The translations under genes were made by a program, and so were the position numbers. Under the pieces are notes generated by a model. That model made no database searches. It saw nothing but the letters and a program-made list of their open reading frames with translations, and was not told where the DNA came from. From positions 1 through 64,000 of the forward strand of contig CAVPOM010000017.1 in NCBI GenBank assembly GCA_963707025.1: a stretch of 64,000 nucleotides of DNA, read 5' to 3'. This document shows positions 9,577-18,822 of this stretch, piece by piece; position 1 is the stretch's first letter, and every line of letters starts with the position of its first letter. The stretch comes from an uncultured Verrucomicrobiae bacterium. GTDB lineage: Bacteria > Verrucomicrobiota > Verrucomicrobiia > Limisphaerales > Palsa-1400.

Positions 9577-9819
9577 TTGATGCCAGATTTTTCATCTTTG
9601 CACATGGATGCGGGCGGGCTGATTGCCTGCGTGTTGTGGGGCGGAATTGGCATGGGTTTTTTTGTTTATGGCAAGAAGCAGCGCTCGGCCCCGCCGCTTT
9701 TCGGCGGGATTGCCTTGATCGGCATTTCTTATTTTCTGGCCAATTCGGCGGTTTGGATGAGTCTGGCCGGGGTTGGCATTCTGATCGGAATTTATTATTG
9801 GTCGCGGCACGACGATTGA
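9577..9819 (+). CDS. Small membrane protein
   Basis: Three hydrophobic segments; GMGFFVYGKKQ. Confidence 0.65.
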   Translation: MMPDFSSLHMDAGGLIACVLWGGIGMGFFVYGKKQRSAPPLFGGIALIGISYFLANSAVWMSLAGVGILIGIYYWSRHDD

Positions 9820-9849
9820 CCGGCCACGGCCACGGCGGGCCGCGGCCCA

Positions 9850-10647
9850 TTACATGAGCCGGCGGGTTGGTTGGAGAAGTTTGAGGGTGTAGCGCCCGCC
9901 GCGCCGCTGGAGGCGGATGGGGGCCTGGAAGGCCCGGGAGAGGACGGCGGAGGTGAGCACGGTTTTTTTCGGGCCGCAGGCCACGGCGCGGCCTGCCCGG
10001 AGGACCAGGAGATGGCTGAAAACGGGCATGATTTCTTCGACATGATGTGTGACCAGCACCAGGGTGGGAGGATTGTTGCCGCAGGCCAGGCGTTGCAGGA
10101 ATTGCAGGAAATGTTCGCGCGCGGCCGGGTCCAGCCCGGCGCAAGGCTCGTCCAGGATGAGCAAGGGCGGGCGGGCCATGAGGGCGCGGCCAATGAGCAA
10201 ACGCTGCCGCTCGCCTTGGGAAAGGAAAAGCCAGGGACGGTCCGCGAGGGCGCGGCATTCGATCTGGCGCAGCAGGCGCAAACCGCGGCGGCGGTCGGCG
10301 GCGGTCATGGCGCCCCAAAAAGCGATCATGGCCAGTTTGCCGCTGACGATGGTGTGCAGGGCCGGTTCGTCGTCTGGAATCCTCTGGCGCACGGCGGAGC
10401 TGACCAGGCCGACGCGCTGGCGCAATTGGCGCCAGTCGGCGGCGCCGTAGGTTTTGGAGAGCAGTTCGATCCGGCCGGCGGAGGGAGTGAGGTAGCCGGT
10501 CAGGGTGCTGAGGAGGGAGGTTTTGCCGGAGCCGTTGGGGCCGAGGATGACCCAATGTTCGCCCCGCGCCACTTTCCAGGATAGGTTGTCGAGAAGGAGG
10601 GTGCGACCCCGTTGCACGGTCAGGTCGGAAACGGCAAGGATCGGCAT
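9850..10647 (-). CDS. ABC transporter ATP-binding protein (ModF/YlmA-like)
   Basis: GPNGSGKT, LSQGERQR, LILDEP, LVTHH. Confidence 0.9.
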   Translation of the reverse strand: MPILAVSDLTVQRGRTLLLDNLSWKVARGEHWVILGPNGSGKTSLLSTLTGYLTPSAGRIELLSKTYGAADWRQLRQRVGLVSSAVRQRIPDDEPALHTIVSGKLAMIAFWGAMTAADRRRGLRLLRQIECRALADRPWLFLSQGERQRLLIGRALMARPPLLILDEPCAGLDPAAREHFLQFLQRLACGNNPPTLVLVTHHVEEIMPVFSHLLVLRAGRAVACGPKKTVLTSAVLSRAFQAPIRLQRRGGRYTLKLLQPTRRLM

Positions 10648-10658
10648 GGTGTGGTTGG

Positions 10659-10841
10659 TCACCGGGTGTAATAGAACCAGAAAAACCAGGCCATCAGCCC
10701 TGCCATCAGCAGACCTACGAGCACGCCGATGGCCATGTTGCGCCAAAATCGCTGGCGCGACCCACGCCCCATGCCTGGCAGCAGATAATAAAGATTGTTC
10801 CTGTGCTTTCCCTTGTTGCTCACCCACATAGACTTATACAA
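10659..10841 (-). CDS. Small single-TM protein
   Basis: YYLLPGMG followed by a basic stretch and a TM helix; lies between nadA and the ABC gene on the same strand. Confidence 0.55.
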   Translation of the reverse strand: MYKSMWVSNKGKHRNNLYYLLPGMGRGSRQRFWRNMAIGVLVGLLMAGLMAWFFWFYYTR

Positions 10842-10919
10842 TCCGGCGGCGTTTGGCTAGCTTTTTCGTCAATTTTGTGGCTCAGGGCCAAGGCGCCTGC
10901 CGCGCGCCCCGGCCGGCCG

Positions 10920-11942
10920 TCAGCCGGCATTGGCGAGGGGCTGGGAGGAGATTTCCAGCATGCGCTCGATGGGCCGCCGGGCGCGCTGGAGGATGTCCGG
11001 ACTTAATTCCACGCGGGGACTGAGGCGCGCCATGCAATCGAAAAGTTTTTCCAGTGTGTTCATTTTCATGAACTTGCACTCGTTGCAGCGGCAGTGCTCG
11101 ATGGGAACGGGGAGGAAGCGTTTGCCGGGACATTCCTTGCGCAGGCGGTGGATCATGCCCGCTTCGGTCGCGATCAGGATAGCGGGAGCGGGACTCTTTT
11201 TGCAGTAATCCACCATTTTTTCCGTGGAGCAAACTGCGTCGGCCAACAGCCGCACGCCCCGGGTGCATTCGGGATGGGCCACCAGCGGGGCGTCGGGAAA
11301 TTGGCGGCGGATGCGCATGACGCCGGCGTGGGTGAATTCGACGTGGGCATAACAACTGCCGGGCCAGAGCGTCATTTTCCGCCCCGTCTGTTCCATGACC
11401 CAGGCGCCCAGGTTCTCGTCCGGGACAAACAACAGGTCGCGCTCCGGGGGGCAGGCGTTGACGATTTTAACGGCGTTGCCGCTGGTGCAGATGACGTTGC
11501 TCAGGGCCTTGACCTGGGCGCTGCAATTAATATATGTGACAGTGTGGAAATTGGGGTTGGTCTCCTGCAACGCCTTGAGCTTTGCGGCCGGACAGCTTTC
11601 CTCCAGGGAGCAGCCGGCGTCGCGGTCGGGCAGGATGACGATTTTGCCGGGGTTGAGGATTTTGGCGGTTTCGGCCATGAAATGGACGCCGCAGAAGACG
11701 ATGACTTCGGCCCTGGTTTTGGCGGCCTGCTGGGAAAGGCCGAGGGAATCGCCCACGTAATCGGCCACGTCCTGGATTTCCGGGACCTGATAATTATGGG
11801 CGAGCACGACGGCGTTCAACTTTCGTTTCAAGCCGAGAATGTCGCGGGACAGGGCGTCCAGCCGCGTCGGCGCCAGGGGGATGCGCGTGACAAAATCACT
11901 TTGCCCGCCGGTCTGGACTGGAGCCGTCTCAATCATGCCCAT
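10920..11942 (-). CDS. nadA: Quinolinate synthase
   Basis: LAHNYQ, GDSLGL, FCGVHFMAETAKILNP, AHPEC, CKFMK. Confidence 0.95.
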   Translation of the reverse strand: MGMIETAPVQTGGQSDFVTRIPLAPTRLDALSRDILGLKRKLNAVVLAHNYQVPEIQDVADYVGDSLGLSQQAAKTRAEVIVFCGVHFMAETAKILNPGKIVILPDRDAGCSLEESCPAAKLKALQETNPNFHTVTYINCSAQVKALSNVICTSGNAVKIVNACPPERDLLFVPDENLGAWVMEQTGRKMTLWPGSCYAHVEFTHAGVMRIRRQFPDAPLVAHPECTRGVRLLADAVCSTEKMVDYCKKSPAPAILIATEAGMIHRLRKECPGKRFLPVPIEHCRCNECKFMKMNTLEKLFDCMARLSPRVELSPDILQRARRPIERMLEISSQPLANAG

Positions 11943-12483
11943 AAGGTAAGTTCAAAGCGCCCAGTGCAAAGCTTAAAGTTGCCGCATGGGCAAAAGCATT
12001 GGTGGATTGGGGATTGGCGAATTGGGCCCGAGCATTTTCGGGCATCCCGGCGCGCCGTCCAAGTGGCGTGGCCAACCCCCGCCCTGGCCTGTGTCAATCC
12101 ACCATGCGGGCATGCCAGGAACCGGCTCATGGCCGAAGACCCCTTTCCATGCTGGCTCAAATACTCGGTAATGCGTCAGTGATGGGTGCAAATGAGATGG
12201 CAGGGGCGGCGCGCTGCGACGGCCGGGATCCCGATTCCGAATCGGGACGGCGTCCCTGCCCCCCATGACTGCCGCATTTTAATATTCGTCGGATTTTGCT
12301 TGCATTAGCGAAGAAATTTTCTAGAGTCTGGAACTTAGATTGACAGCAGCGGTCGCGGCTGATGGCTGATAAATGAGAAGCGTGTTTGAAACGCCCTGAA
12401 GTTAAAGATTGGCAGGCAATTTAAAGCAGATATTCCACGAGAATCCGCCGGTGAATTTTGGCTGGCGGAAAATTCACCGTCTT

Positions 12484-13404
12484 ATGAGCAAAGCCGGAGT
12501 CATAATTCTTCAAAAGAAAGTCCTCCGTTTTGTCCTGCCAGTTGTTCTGGTGACCATCATTGCCGGATGCGCCAGCACTGATGCGGCCAAACAAATCAAA
12601 AGCTTTTCAGATGCCGCCATACTAACAGCCGACAACACGACGCAGGCCTTCAAGCTGGTTGAGGACAGTCATTTCAAGGAGGAGATCAGCGAGGCGGTTT
12701 TGAATTACGACAACAAAGCCGGCTTCAATCCGGACCTCATCCGGCCTTTCATGGAGGCGAAGGCTTTGCAGGCCAGGCTGGATGTTCTCAATGGGTTAAA
12801 GTCCTACGCGGCCAACTTGTCCGCCCTGATGGGCAACGGTCCGCTGACCAACCTCGACCAGGACACGACCAAGCTGGGATCGGCCTTAAGCGCGGTTGAT
12901 ACCAACCTTGTCCAGGACTCATTTTTCGAGACGGCGCCGGCCACGAAGGAAGAGCTTCAGATTTTTACGGCCGCAGTCAACGCCTTGGGGCACTGGTTGA
13001 TAACTTACAAAGAGCAAAAGGAGGCCAAACAAGCCATGGCGACGATGCAACAGCCGGTGGCGGGCATTTGCCAGCTTCTCCAGAAGGACCTGGCCATTCT
13101 TGGACAACAGTTGCGCAACGATCACAGCCAGACTTTGTTAAACGAAAACCAGTACCTTCTCACCAACCCCGGTGACAGGCGCGCCGCCATTGGGGAGATG
13201 GCCGTTTTAACAAGGGAAATGAAAAATGACGCGGCCATTTTCGCGTTGATGGAGTCGGCCACGGCCAGGCTGGCCGCAACCCACAATGCCATGGGCGATC
13301 TATTCTCCAAGGACACCGCCAGCATCCGCTCACTGATCGGCGAATTCAGCGCTGAAGCGCAAAGAATCGCCGCCTATTACGGTTCCCTGCAAGCCGCCAA
13401 ATAA
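12484..13404 (+). CDS. Uncharacterised all-alpha lipoprotein
   Basis: Hydrophobic signal ending IIAG-C lipobox; amphipathic helices. Confidence 0.8.
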   Translation: MSKAGVIILQKKVLRFVLPVVLVTIIAGCASTDAAKQIKSFSDAAILTADNTTQAFKLVEDSHFKEEISEAVLNYDNKAGFNPDLIRPFMEAKALQARLDVLNGLKSYAANLSALMGNGPLTNLDQDTTKLGSALSAVDTNLVQDSFFETAPATKEELQIFTAAVNALGHWLITYKEQKEAKQAMATMQQPVAGICQLLQKDLAILGQQLRNDHSQTLLNENQYLLTNPGDRRAAIGEMAVLTREMKNDAAIFALMESATARLAATHNAMGDLFSKDTASIRSLIGEFSAEAQRIAAYYGSLQAAK

Positions 13405-13415
13405 GAAACACGCCC

Positions 13416-13763
13416 ATGCAAATCCCTCCCGCCACACAGACTGCCTATCAGCAGGCGCTGCAACAATTGTACGACTCACTGAACCAAGCGTATTGGGTTG
13501 CCTCCACGATAGAGGCAAAAGATGCGATTCATGGTTTGGCCCAGGCTGCGTATGACATCCTGACCGCGTTAAACCAGGGAGCCTTGGATACTGACACGGC
13601 GCAGTATGCCACGCTCAAAACGAATGTTGACGCGGTCAATGCCAAACTGACGGCTGTGCAGGCTCAAATCAACAGTTGGATTCACGTCATCGCCCTGGCC
13701 ACCCAGTTGACCGGCGCCATTGATAAAGCGCTGGGTCTCGCCGCAAAAGTATTCCCGGTGTGA
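13416..13763 (+). CDS. Small helical hypothetical protein
   Basis: 115 aa, Ala/Gln/Leu-rich heptads; 11 nt downstream of the lipoprotein. Confidence 0.8.
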   Translation: MQIPPATQTAYQQALQQLYDSLNQAYWVASTIEAKDAIHGLAQAAYDILTALNQGALDTDTAQYATLKTNVDAVNAKLTAVQAQINSWIHVIALATQLTGAIDKALGLAAKVFPV

Positions 13764-13795
13764 ATCGCCCGACGGGATGAACACCCATCATAATT

Positions 13796-14746
13796 ATGTA
13801 TAAAATACTCACCTTTGACGGCGGCGGCATCCGCGGTCTGGTCACCCTGGGTTTGCTGAAAGGTTTGCAGGCCGGGGTTCCTGATCTTGTCAAGAATGCT
13901 GATTTTGTGGCGGGAACATCCACGGGGGGCATTATCGCCCTGGGACTGGCGGCCGGCAAAAGCGTGGACGACCTGACCAATCTGTATTTAAACAACGGAC
14001 GGGCCATTTTTGACTCCACGTGGCTGCGCGATATTGTGGACATGGGAAATATCATCGGCGCCAAATATGACAACGCCAAGCTGAAACAAATTCTGCAAGC
14101 GGCGCTGGGCAATCCCAGGCTTGGGGATCTGGGGAAAAAAGTTTTAATTCCATCATTTCAATTGGACAACGGGGCCGACCACCCTTTGGACGATGGTTCG
14201 CCCGATCCGGGCCAGCGGACTTGGAAACCGGTGTTCTTCCATAATTTCCCGGGGGTGGATTCGGACGGCGGGGAATCGTTGTTGGATGTGGCCATGAGCA
14301 CCAGCGCGGCTCCGACCTATTTTCCCACTTACATCAATTATGTGGACGGGGGAGTGGTGGCCAACAATCCCAGCATGGCGGCCCTGGCGCAAACCCAGGA
14401 TGGGCGGGCCGAAATTGAGCCAACCCGGCCGGCCTTGAGTGATATTCGACTCTTGTCCTTGGGCACTGGAACTGTCTTGAGCTATATCGCCGGGCAGAAT
14501 CTGGATTGGGGCGACGCGCAATGGGTCAAACCCTTGTTGAATTTGCTGCTGGATGCCAGCATGGGAATCGCCGACTTCCAATGCCAGCAATTGCTGCGAA
14601 ATAATTACCAGCGGCTGGCCCCGGTCTTTCCTTCGGGAACCAACATTGCGCTGGACGATTGGCAGCGCTCGCAAGATTTGCTCGATTTTGCCAATGGGGT
14701 TGATCTGACCACGACCATCCAGTGGCTTAAGAATGCAGGCTGGTAA
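13796..14746 (+). CDS. Patatin-like phospholipase
   Basis: DGGGIRG, GTSTG and DGG motifs intact. Confidence 0.93.
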   Translation: MYKILTFDGGGIRGLVTLGLLKGLQAGVPDLVKNADFVAGTSTGGIIALGLAAGKSVDDLTNLYLNNGRAIFDSTWLRDIVDMGNIIGAKYDNAKLKQILQAALGNPRLGDLGKKVLIPSFQLDNGADHPLDDGSPDPGQRTWKPVFFHNFPGVDSDGGESLLDVAMSTSAAPTYFPTYINYVDGGVVANNPSMAALAQTQDGRAEIEPTRPALSDIRLLSLGTGTVLSYIAGQNLDWGDAQWVKPLLNLLLDASMGIADFQCQQLLRNNYQRLAPVFPSGTNIALDDWQRSQDLLDFANGVDLTTTIQWLKNAGW

Positions 14747-14975
14747 GGCGGGCATGGATGGAGAGACTTTGATCTGACCCCGCTCTTTCAGAGGTTGGGC
14801 GGCGGAAGGCGGGCAGCGCGGGTTGTGGCAGGCTGCAAATCCATGATTGCGCTGGAAGGAAACCCCTCTCCCGGCACCCCTCCCCGGCAGGCGCGGCAAA
14901 GGAAATGGCAAATCGCGCGGTGAGGGTGGCGCGAGGCGCCCCCTCCGCGAACGAGGCTAAAAAACAAGCTGACTT

Positions 14976-16697
14976 TTGGAACCGCCTGTGGTATACTGGC
15001 AGGCCAAAGACACGAGCAGTCCAGTGAGCAGTCCAGAGAAGAAAAAACGAGTCACCGGCCGGAGCGGACGAATGCGCCCGCGGGCTGAGGCGCTGAAACC
15101 GCCCAGGCCCGGTTCCCGGCCGCCGGTGGAGGAGATGCAGAAACGGGTCCACGATCTGCAGGTCCATCAGATGGAGCTGGAGAGGCAAAATGAGGAGCTG
15201 CGCCGGATCCAACTGGAGTTGCAGCAATCCCGCGACCGGTTCCGGGATCTTTATGAATTCGCCCCGGCGGGCTGCCTGACCGTCAATTCGCAAGGAACCG
15301 TCCTGGAGGCCAATCTTACCGCGGCCAATATGCTTGGCGTGCCCCGCAAAAAACTGCTGGCCCGGTCCTTTTCGCGGTTCCTCGAGGGGGCTTCGCGGGA
15401 GACCTCCTCCCTGCTGCGCCGGGCGGTTTTTTCCAGCCATCAACCGCAGAGGTGTGAACTGGCGCTGCGCACCGCCGATGGCGCCGGACTGCCGGTTCAC
15501 CTGGAAAGCCTGCCGGTGGCGGGCCGGGCCGCCCGCATCCGCCAGTGCCGGATCGCCCTGTTTGACATCACCGGGTTGAGGCGGTCGCAGGCCGCCCTGT
15601 GCGAAGCCTGCGACAAGCTGGAGGAAAAAGTCAGCCTCCGCACCGCGGAACTTGACAAGGCCAACGCGCAACTGGAACACCTGCTGGCTTCCAGCCGGCA
15701 GAGCGAGCAGGCGCTGGCTGACTTTTTCGCCGAGGCGCCCTTGGGATTGCTGTGCGTGGCGCCCGACGGCCGCATCCTGCGCGCCAACCAGGCCCTGGGC
15801 GCCATGCTCGGCTGCCGCGGGGAGGAACTGATCGGCAGGCGGTGGGCTGAGACAGGCGCCGAGGCGGAAGTGGTAGCCGCCATGCTGGAGCGTTTGGCCC
15901 GAAAGGAATCGCTCCATGACGATCCACTGCGGTTCGAGCGCAAAAACCGCCCGCTGCTGCACGTCTTGGTGGATGCGAACGGTTGGTGGGAAAATGGAAA
16001 GCTGGTTCATTCGCGCTGGTTTATCCGGGATGTCACTCGCCGGGTGGCCTTGGAGAAAGAGATCCTGGCCATCAGCGACCGGGAACGCCAGCGCATCGGC
16101 CAGGACTTGCATGACGATTTATGCCCGCAGTTGACCAGCATTGAGTTTCTGAACAGGGCTTTGGAACGGAGGTTGCAGGCCAACGGCCGAAACGAAAGCG
16201 CGCAGGCCAGCGAAATCGGCCAGTTGACACGCCGGGCCATGACCCACGCCCGCGAACTGGCGCGCGGCATGTCCCCCGTGGATCCGCACCCGGACGGGCT
16301 GACGGGAGCGCTGCAGGACCTGGCCGCCCACACCACAGCCATCTTCCGGATTGATTGCCGGTTCCGGGGTCAAGCCCCGGCGCCCGTTGATGACCGCACC
16401 ACTCAAATGCATCTTTATCGGATTGCGCAGGAGGCCGTCAGGAATGCGGTGCGGCACGGCAAGGCCCGGCAGATCGAGATCGGCCTGAAGACCGGGCAGA
16501 AGAGAACGGTGCTGAGCGTGCGGGACAACGGCGGGGGCATCCCGCCCCGCCTGCCCAGAAGCAGTGGCCTGGGTTTGCGCATCATGGACCTGCGGGCCAG
16601 TGTCCTGGGTGGCACTGTGCTCGTGCGCAAATCCCGCAACGGCGGAACCGCCGTCGTTTGTTCGGTTCCCGAACCGCCGGCAAAACCCTCTGCCTGA
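14976..16697 (+). CDS. PAS-domain sensor histidine kinase (HisKA_3/NarX-like); true start probably downstream
   Basis: ELQVHQMELE-type coiled coil, two PAS domains, ERQRIGQDLHDD, YRIAQEAVRNA, DNGGG. Confidence 0.9.
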   Translation: MEPPVVYWQAKDTSSPVSSPEKKKRVTGRSGRMRPRAEALKPPRPGSRPPVEEMQKRVHDLQVHQMELERQNEELRRIQLELQQSRDRFRDLYEFAPAGCLTVNSQGTVLEANLTAANMLGVPRKKLLARSFSRFLEGASRETSSLLRRAVFSSHQPQRCELALRTADGAGLPVHLESLPVAGRAARIRQCRIALFDITGLRRSQAALCEACDKLEEKVSLRTAELDKANAQLEHLLASSRQSEQALADFFAEAPLGLLCVAPDGRILRANQALGAMLGCRGEELIGRRWAETGAEAEVVAAMLERLARKESLHDDPLRFERKNRPLLHVLVDANGWWENGKLVHSRWFIRDVTRRVALEKEILAISDRERQRIGQDLHDDLCPQLTSIEFLNRALERRLQANGRNESAQASEIGQLTRRAMTHARELARGMSPVDPHPDGLTGALQDLAAHTTAIFRIDCRFRGQAPAPVDDRTTQMHLYRIAQEAVRNAVRHGKARQIEIGLKTGQKRTVLSVRDNGGGIPPRLPRSSGLGLRIMDLRASVLGGTVLVRKSRNGGTAVVCSVPEPPAKPSA

Positions 16698-16705
16698 CCT
16701 GAGCT

Positions 16706-17392
16706 ATGCCCGCCAAAAAGCACCCGTCAGCCGCCAGGACACGGACCAAAGTCCTGGTTGTGGACGACCATCCGATGACGCGGTATGGCATCAGCCGGCT
16801 GATCGAGCAGGAGCCCGACCTGGTGGTGTGCGGTGAAGCGGAGAATGCTCCGCGGGCCATGGCTGCGGTCAAGGTGCTGAAGCCGCGGGTGGTTTTGGCC
16901 GACCTGACGATGCCGGACGGAGAGGGGCTGGAATTCATCAAGGACCTGCGAGCGCTCCATCCGGAAGTCATTCCGTTGGTGGTGTCCATGCACGATGAAG
17001 GGCTGTATGCCGAGCGGGCGCTGCGGGCGGGGGCGCGCGGTTATATCATGAAGAATCAAGGAGGGGAGAAGCTGGTCGAAGCCATCCGTCAAGTCTTGCA
17101 GGGCAGAATCTACATCAGCGAGAACCTGTCCGGCCAAGTCCTGGCGGTCTTCTCCGGCGGGCGCCGGCGCGCGGACGACAGCACCATCGGCAATCTGACG
17201 GACCGGGAATTCGAAGTGTTTGGCTTGATCGGCCAGGGCATGACCACCGGCGAGATTGCCCGGCGGCTGCGCCTCAGCCCGAAAACCGTCGAGACCCACC
17301 GCCTCCATATTCGCGCCAAGCTGGGTCTGAACAGCGGGCAGGCGCTCATCCAATACGCCGTCCGCTGGGCCGGGACCCAGGCCTTGCTTTAG
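16706..17392 (+). CDS. NarL/LuxR-family response regulator
   Basis: VVDDHP receiver domain; LTDREFEV...SPKTVETHR HTH. Confidence 0.95.
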   Translation: MPAKKHPSAARTRTKVLVVDDHPMTRYGISRLIEQEPDLVVCGEAENAPRAMAAVKVLKPRVVLADLTMPDGEGLEFIKDLRALHPEVIPLVVSMHDEGLYAERALRAGARGYIMKNQGGEKLVEAIRQVLQGRIYISENLSGQVLAVFSGGRRRADDSTIGNLTDREFEVFGLIGQGMTTGEIARRLRLSPKTVETHRLHIRAKLGLNSGQALIQYAVRWAGTQALL

Positions 17393-17512
17393 GCGGATCT
17401 CAGCATTTGGAGGAGATTATTTCAGGAGTCCACCGGATAGCCAGACGGCTTGGTTTGCGTTACAAATAAGGAAGGGCAGGATCGCATGTTGCCGTTGCCA
17501 TTCTCTTGAAAT

Positions 17513-18094
17513 ATGAGTTCTTCGGATAAATTGCATGAAATTGAAGCCGCCCGCGGCGGGGTGCTGCTCGCGCTGGATGCGGTGCTGATCTACGGAGAGC
17601 CGGGCACAGAATTGCGCGCCAGTTACGTGCTCGAATGCAAGGCGCGGGTGTCTCCGGGGGCGCCGCGCTTTAATTGGGGCAAGCGGGGCTGGGACGTGTT
17701 GTGGGAAGCCACCACCTCCAAAATCGCCCGCAACGAAGTTTCCGCGCAGGACATGGTCCTGCTTTCCATGTATGGCGGCAGAGAGATGCCGGACGACATC
17801 AAGCTCTGGCTGGAGCGATGGCTGGAGCGGAGGACGGACAAACCCTTCGCCTTGGTGGCGTCCGTTGACGCGGCCGGGCGCGAGCGCCATTCGGCCACCC
17901 AAATGATTTCCTGGCTGCAGGCGGGAACCGGGGCAAAGAACGTAACCGTGATGACCCATTTCCGCGACACCCCGCGCTGTGCAGACGGGCGGGTTGCGGA
18001 AAGCATCCCAAAACGCGCTCTGACACAGACGGGGCGGTGGACTGACGTTGAGCACCGGCCTGAATTGAGTTCAGACTTGTGCCTGAATGAATGA
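17513..18094 (+). CDS. Hypothetical protein
   Basis: 193-aa ORF co-oriented with its neighbours; no motif recognised. Confidence 0.5.
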   Translation: MSSSDKLHEIEAARGGVLLALDAVLIYGEPGTELRASYVLECKARVSPGAPRFNWGKRGWDVLWEATTSKIARNEVSAQDMVLLSMYGGREMPDDIKLWLERWLERRTDKPFALVASVDAAGRERHSATQMISWLQAGTGAKNVTVMTHFRDTPRCADGRVAESIPKRALTQTGRWTDVEHRPELSSDLCLNE

Positions 18095-18254
18095 ACCCGG
18101 CCGGCGCATTGCCGGCCAACCGAGCGATAACAACTCGTCATTGAACCATGCCAGACACGCCACTGGGCATGGAGAGGAGACCGTACCATCAACATTATGG
18201 CCTCAAAGAAGGAGGCCGGTCATTGAGCCGCATTGCCTTTAATTTAAGACTTGG

Positions 18255-18719
18255 GTGATTGGACCGGCAACGCCGATGTTTAACAAGAGAAGTCCGCCAA
18301 GCGGGTTTGCCAGCCGCGCGCCAGCGTGGTTTTTACGGGTGTTGCCGGCCTTCAGGGCGATGCTCAAAAAGCTGGCCCCCATGGGATACCAGGACGAGAC
18401 GGGCTTCCATTACGGCGTGGAAGGCCAGACCCAGGCCGGTCAATCCACCCTTCCCATGAGACCGGGTCGGTCGCACCCTCCGGATGGTCCTGCGTGGATA
18501 CGCTCAGGGGAACTGGAAAAGCTGACCGACCGGGAATTCGAGATGTTTGGCTTGATCGGCCAGGGCCTGGCCACCAGCGAGATCGCCCAGCGCCTGTGCC
18601 TGGACCCGGAAGCCGTCCGGACCGACCGCCGCCAGATTCGCGAGAAACTCCGGCTCGAAAGCGGTCCGGCGCTGGTGGCGTACGCCGTCCGTTGGGCCAC
18701 GACGCAGGCATTGAATTAA
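18255..18719 (+). CDS. LuxR-type HTH protein without a receiver domain; start uncertain
   Basis: LTDREFEMFGLIGQGLATSEIAQRL; N-terminal APMGYQDETGFHYG. Confidence 0.7.
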   Translation: MIGPATPMFNKRSPPSGFASRAPAWFLRVLPAFRAMLKKLAPMGYQDETGFHYGVEGQTQAGQSTLPMRPGRSHPPDGPAWIRSGELEKLTDREFEMFGLIGQGLATSEIAQRLCLDPEAVRTDRRQIREKLRLESGPALVAYAVRWATTQALN

Positions 18720-18822
18720 GCGAGCCCACGGCATGGGGAGGGGATTCCCGCCCGGAGAATGCCAAGAGAATGCGTGACTGCCTTGGCCGGAGTCGTTATG
18801 TTCCGTGCAAAAGCCCAAATTT

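Noticed and set aside
11943..12300. NAD+ (nadA-motif) riboswitch upstream of nadA
   Set aside because: No resemblance seen. A promoter-like TTGCAC...TACCTT sits directly before the start codons, leaving little room for a leader.
12484..14746. CBASS (CapV) system
   Set aside because: No CD-NTase, Cap2/Cap3 or other CBASS genes nearby.
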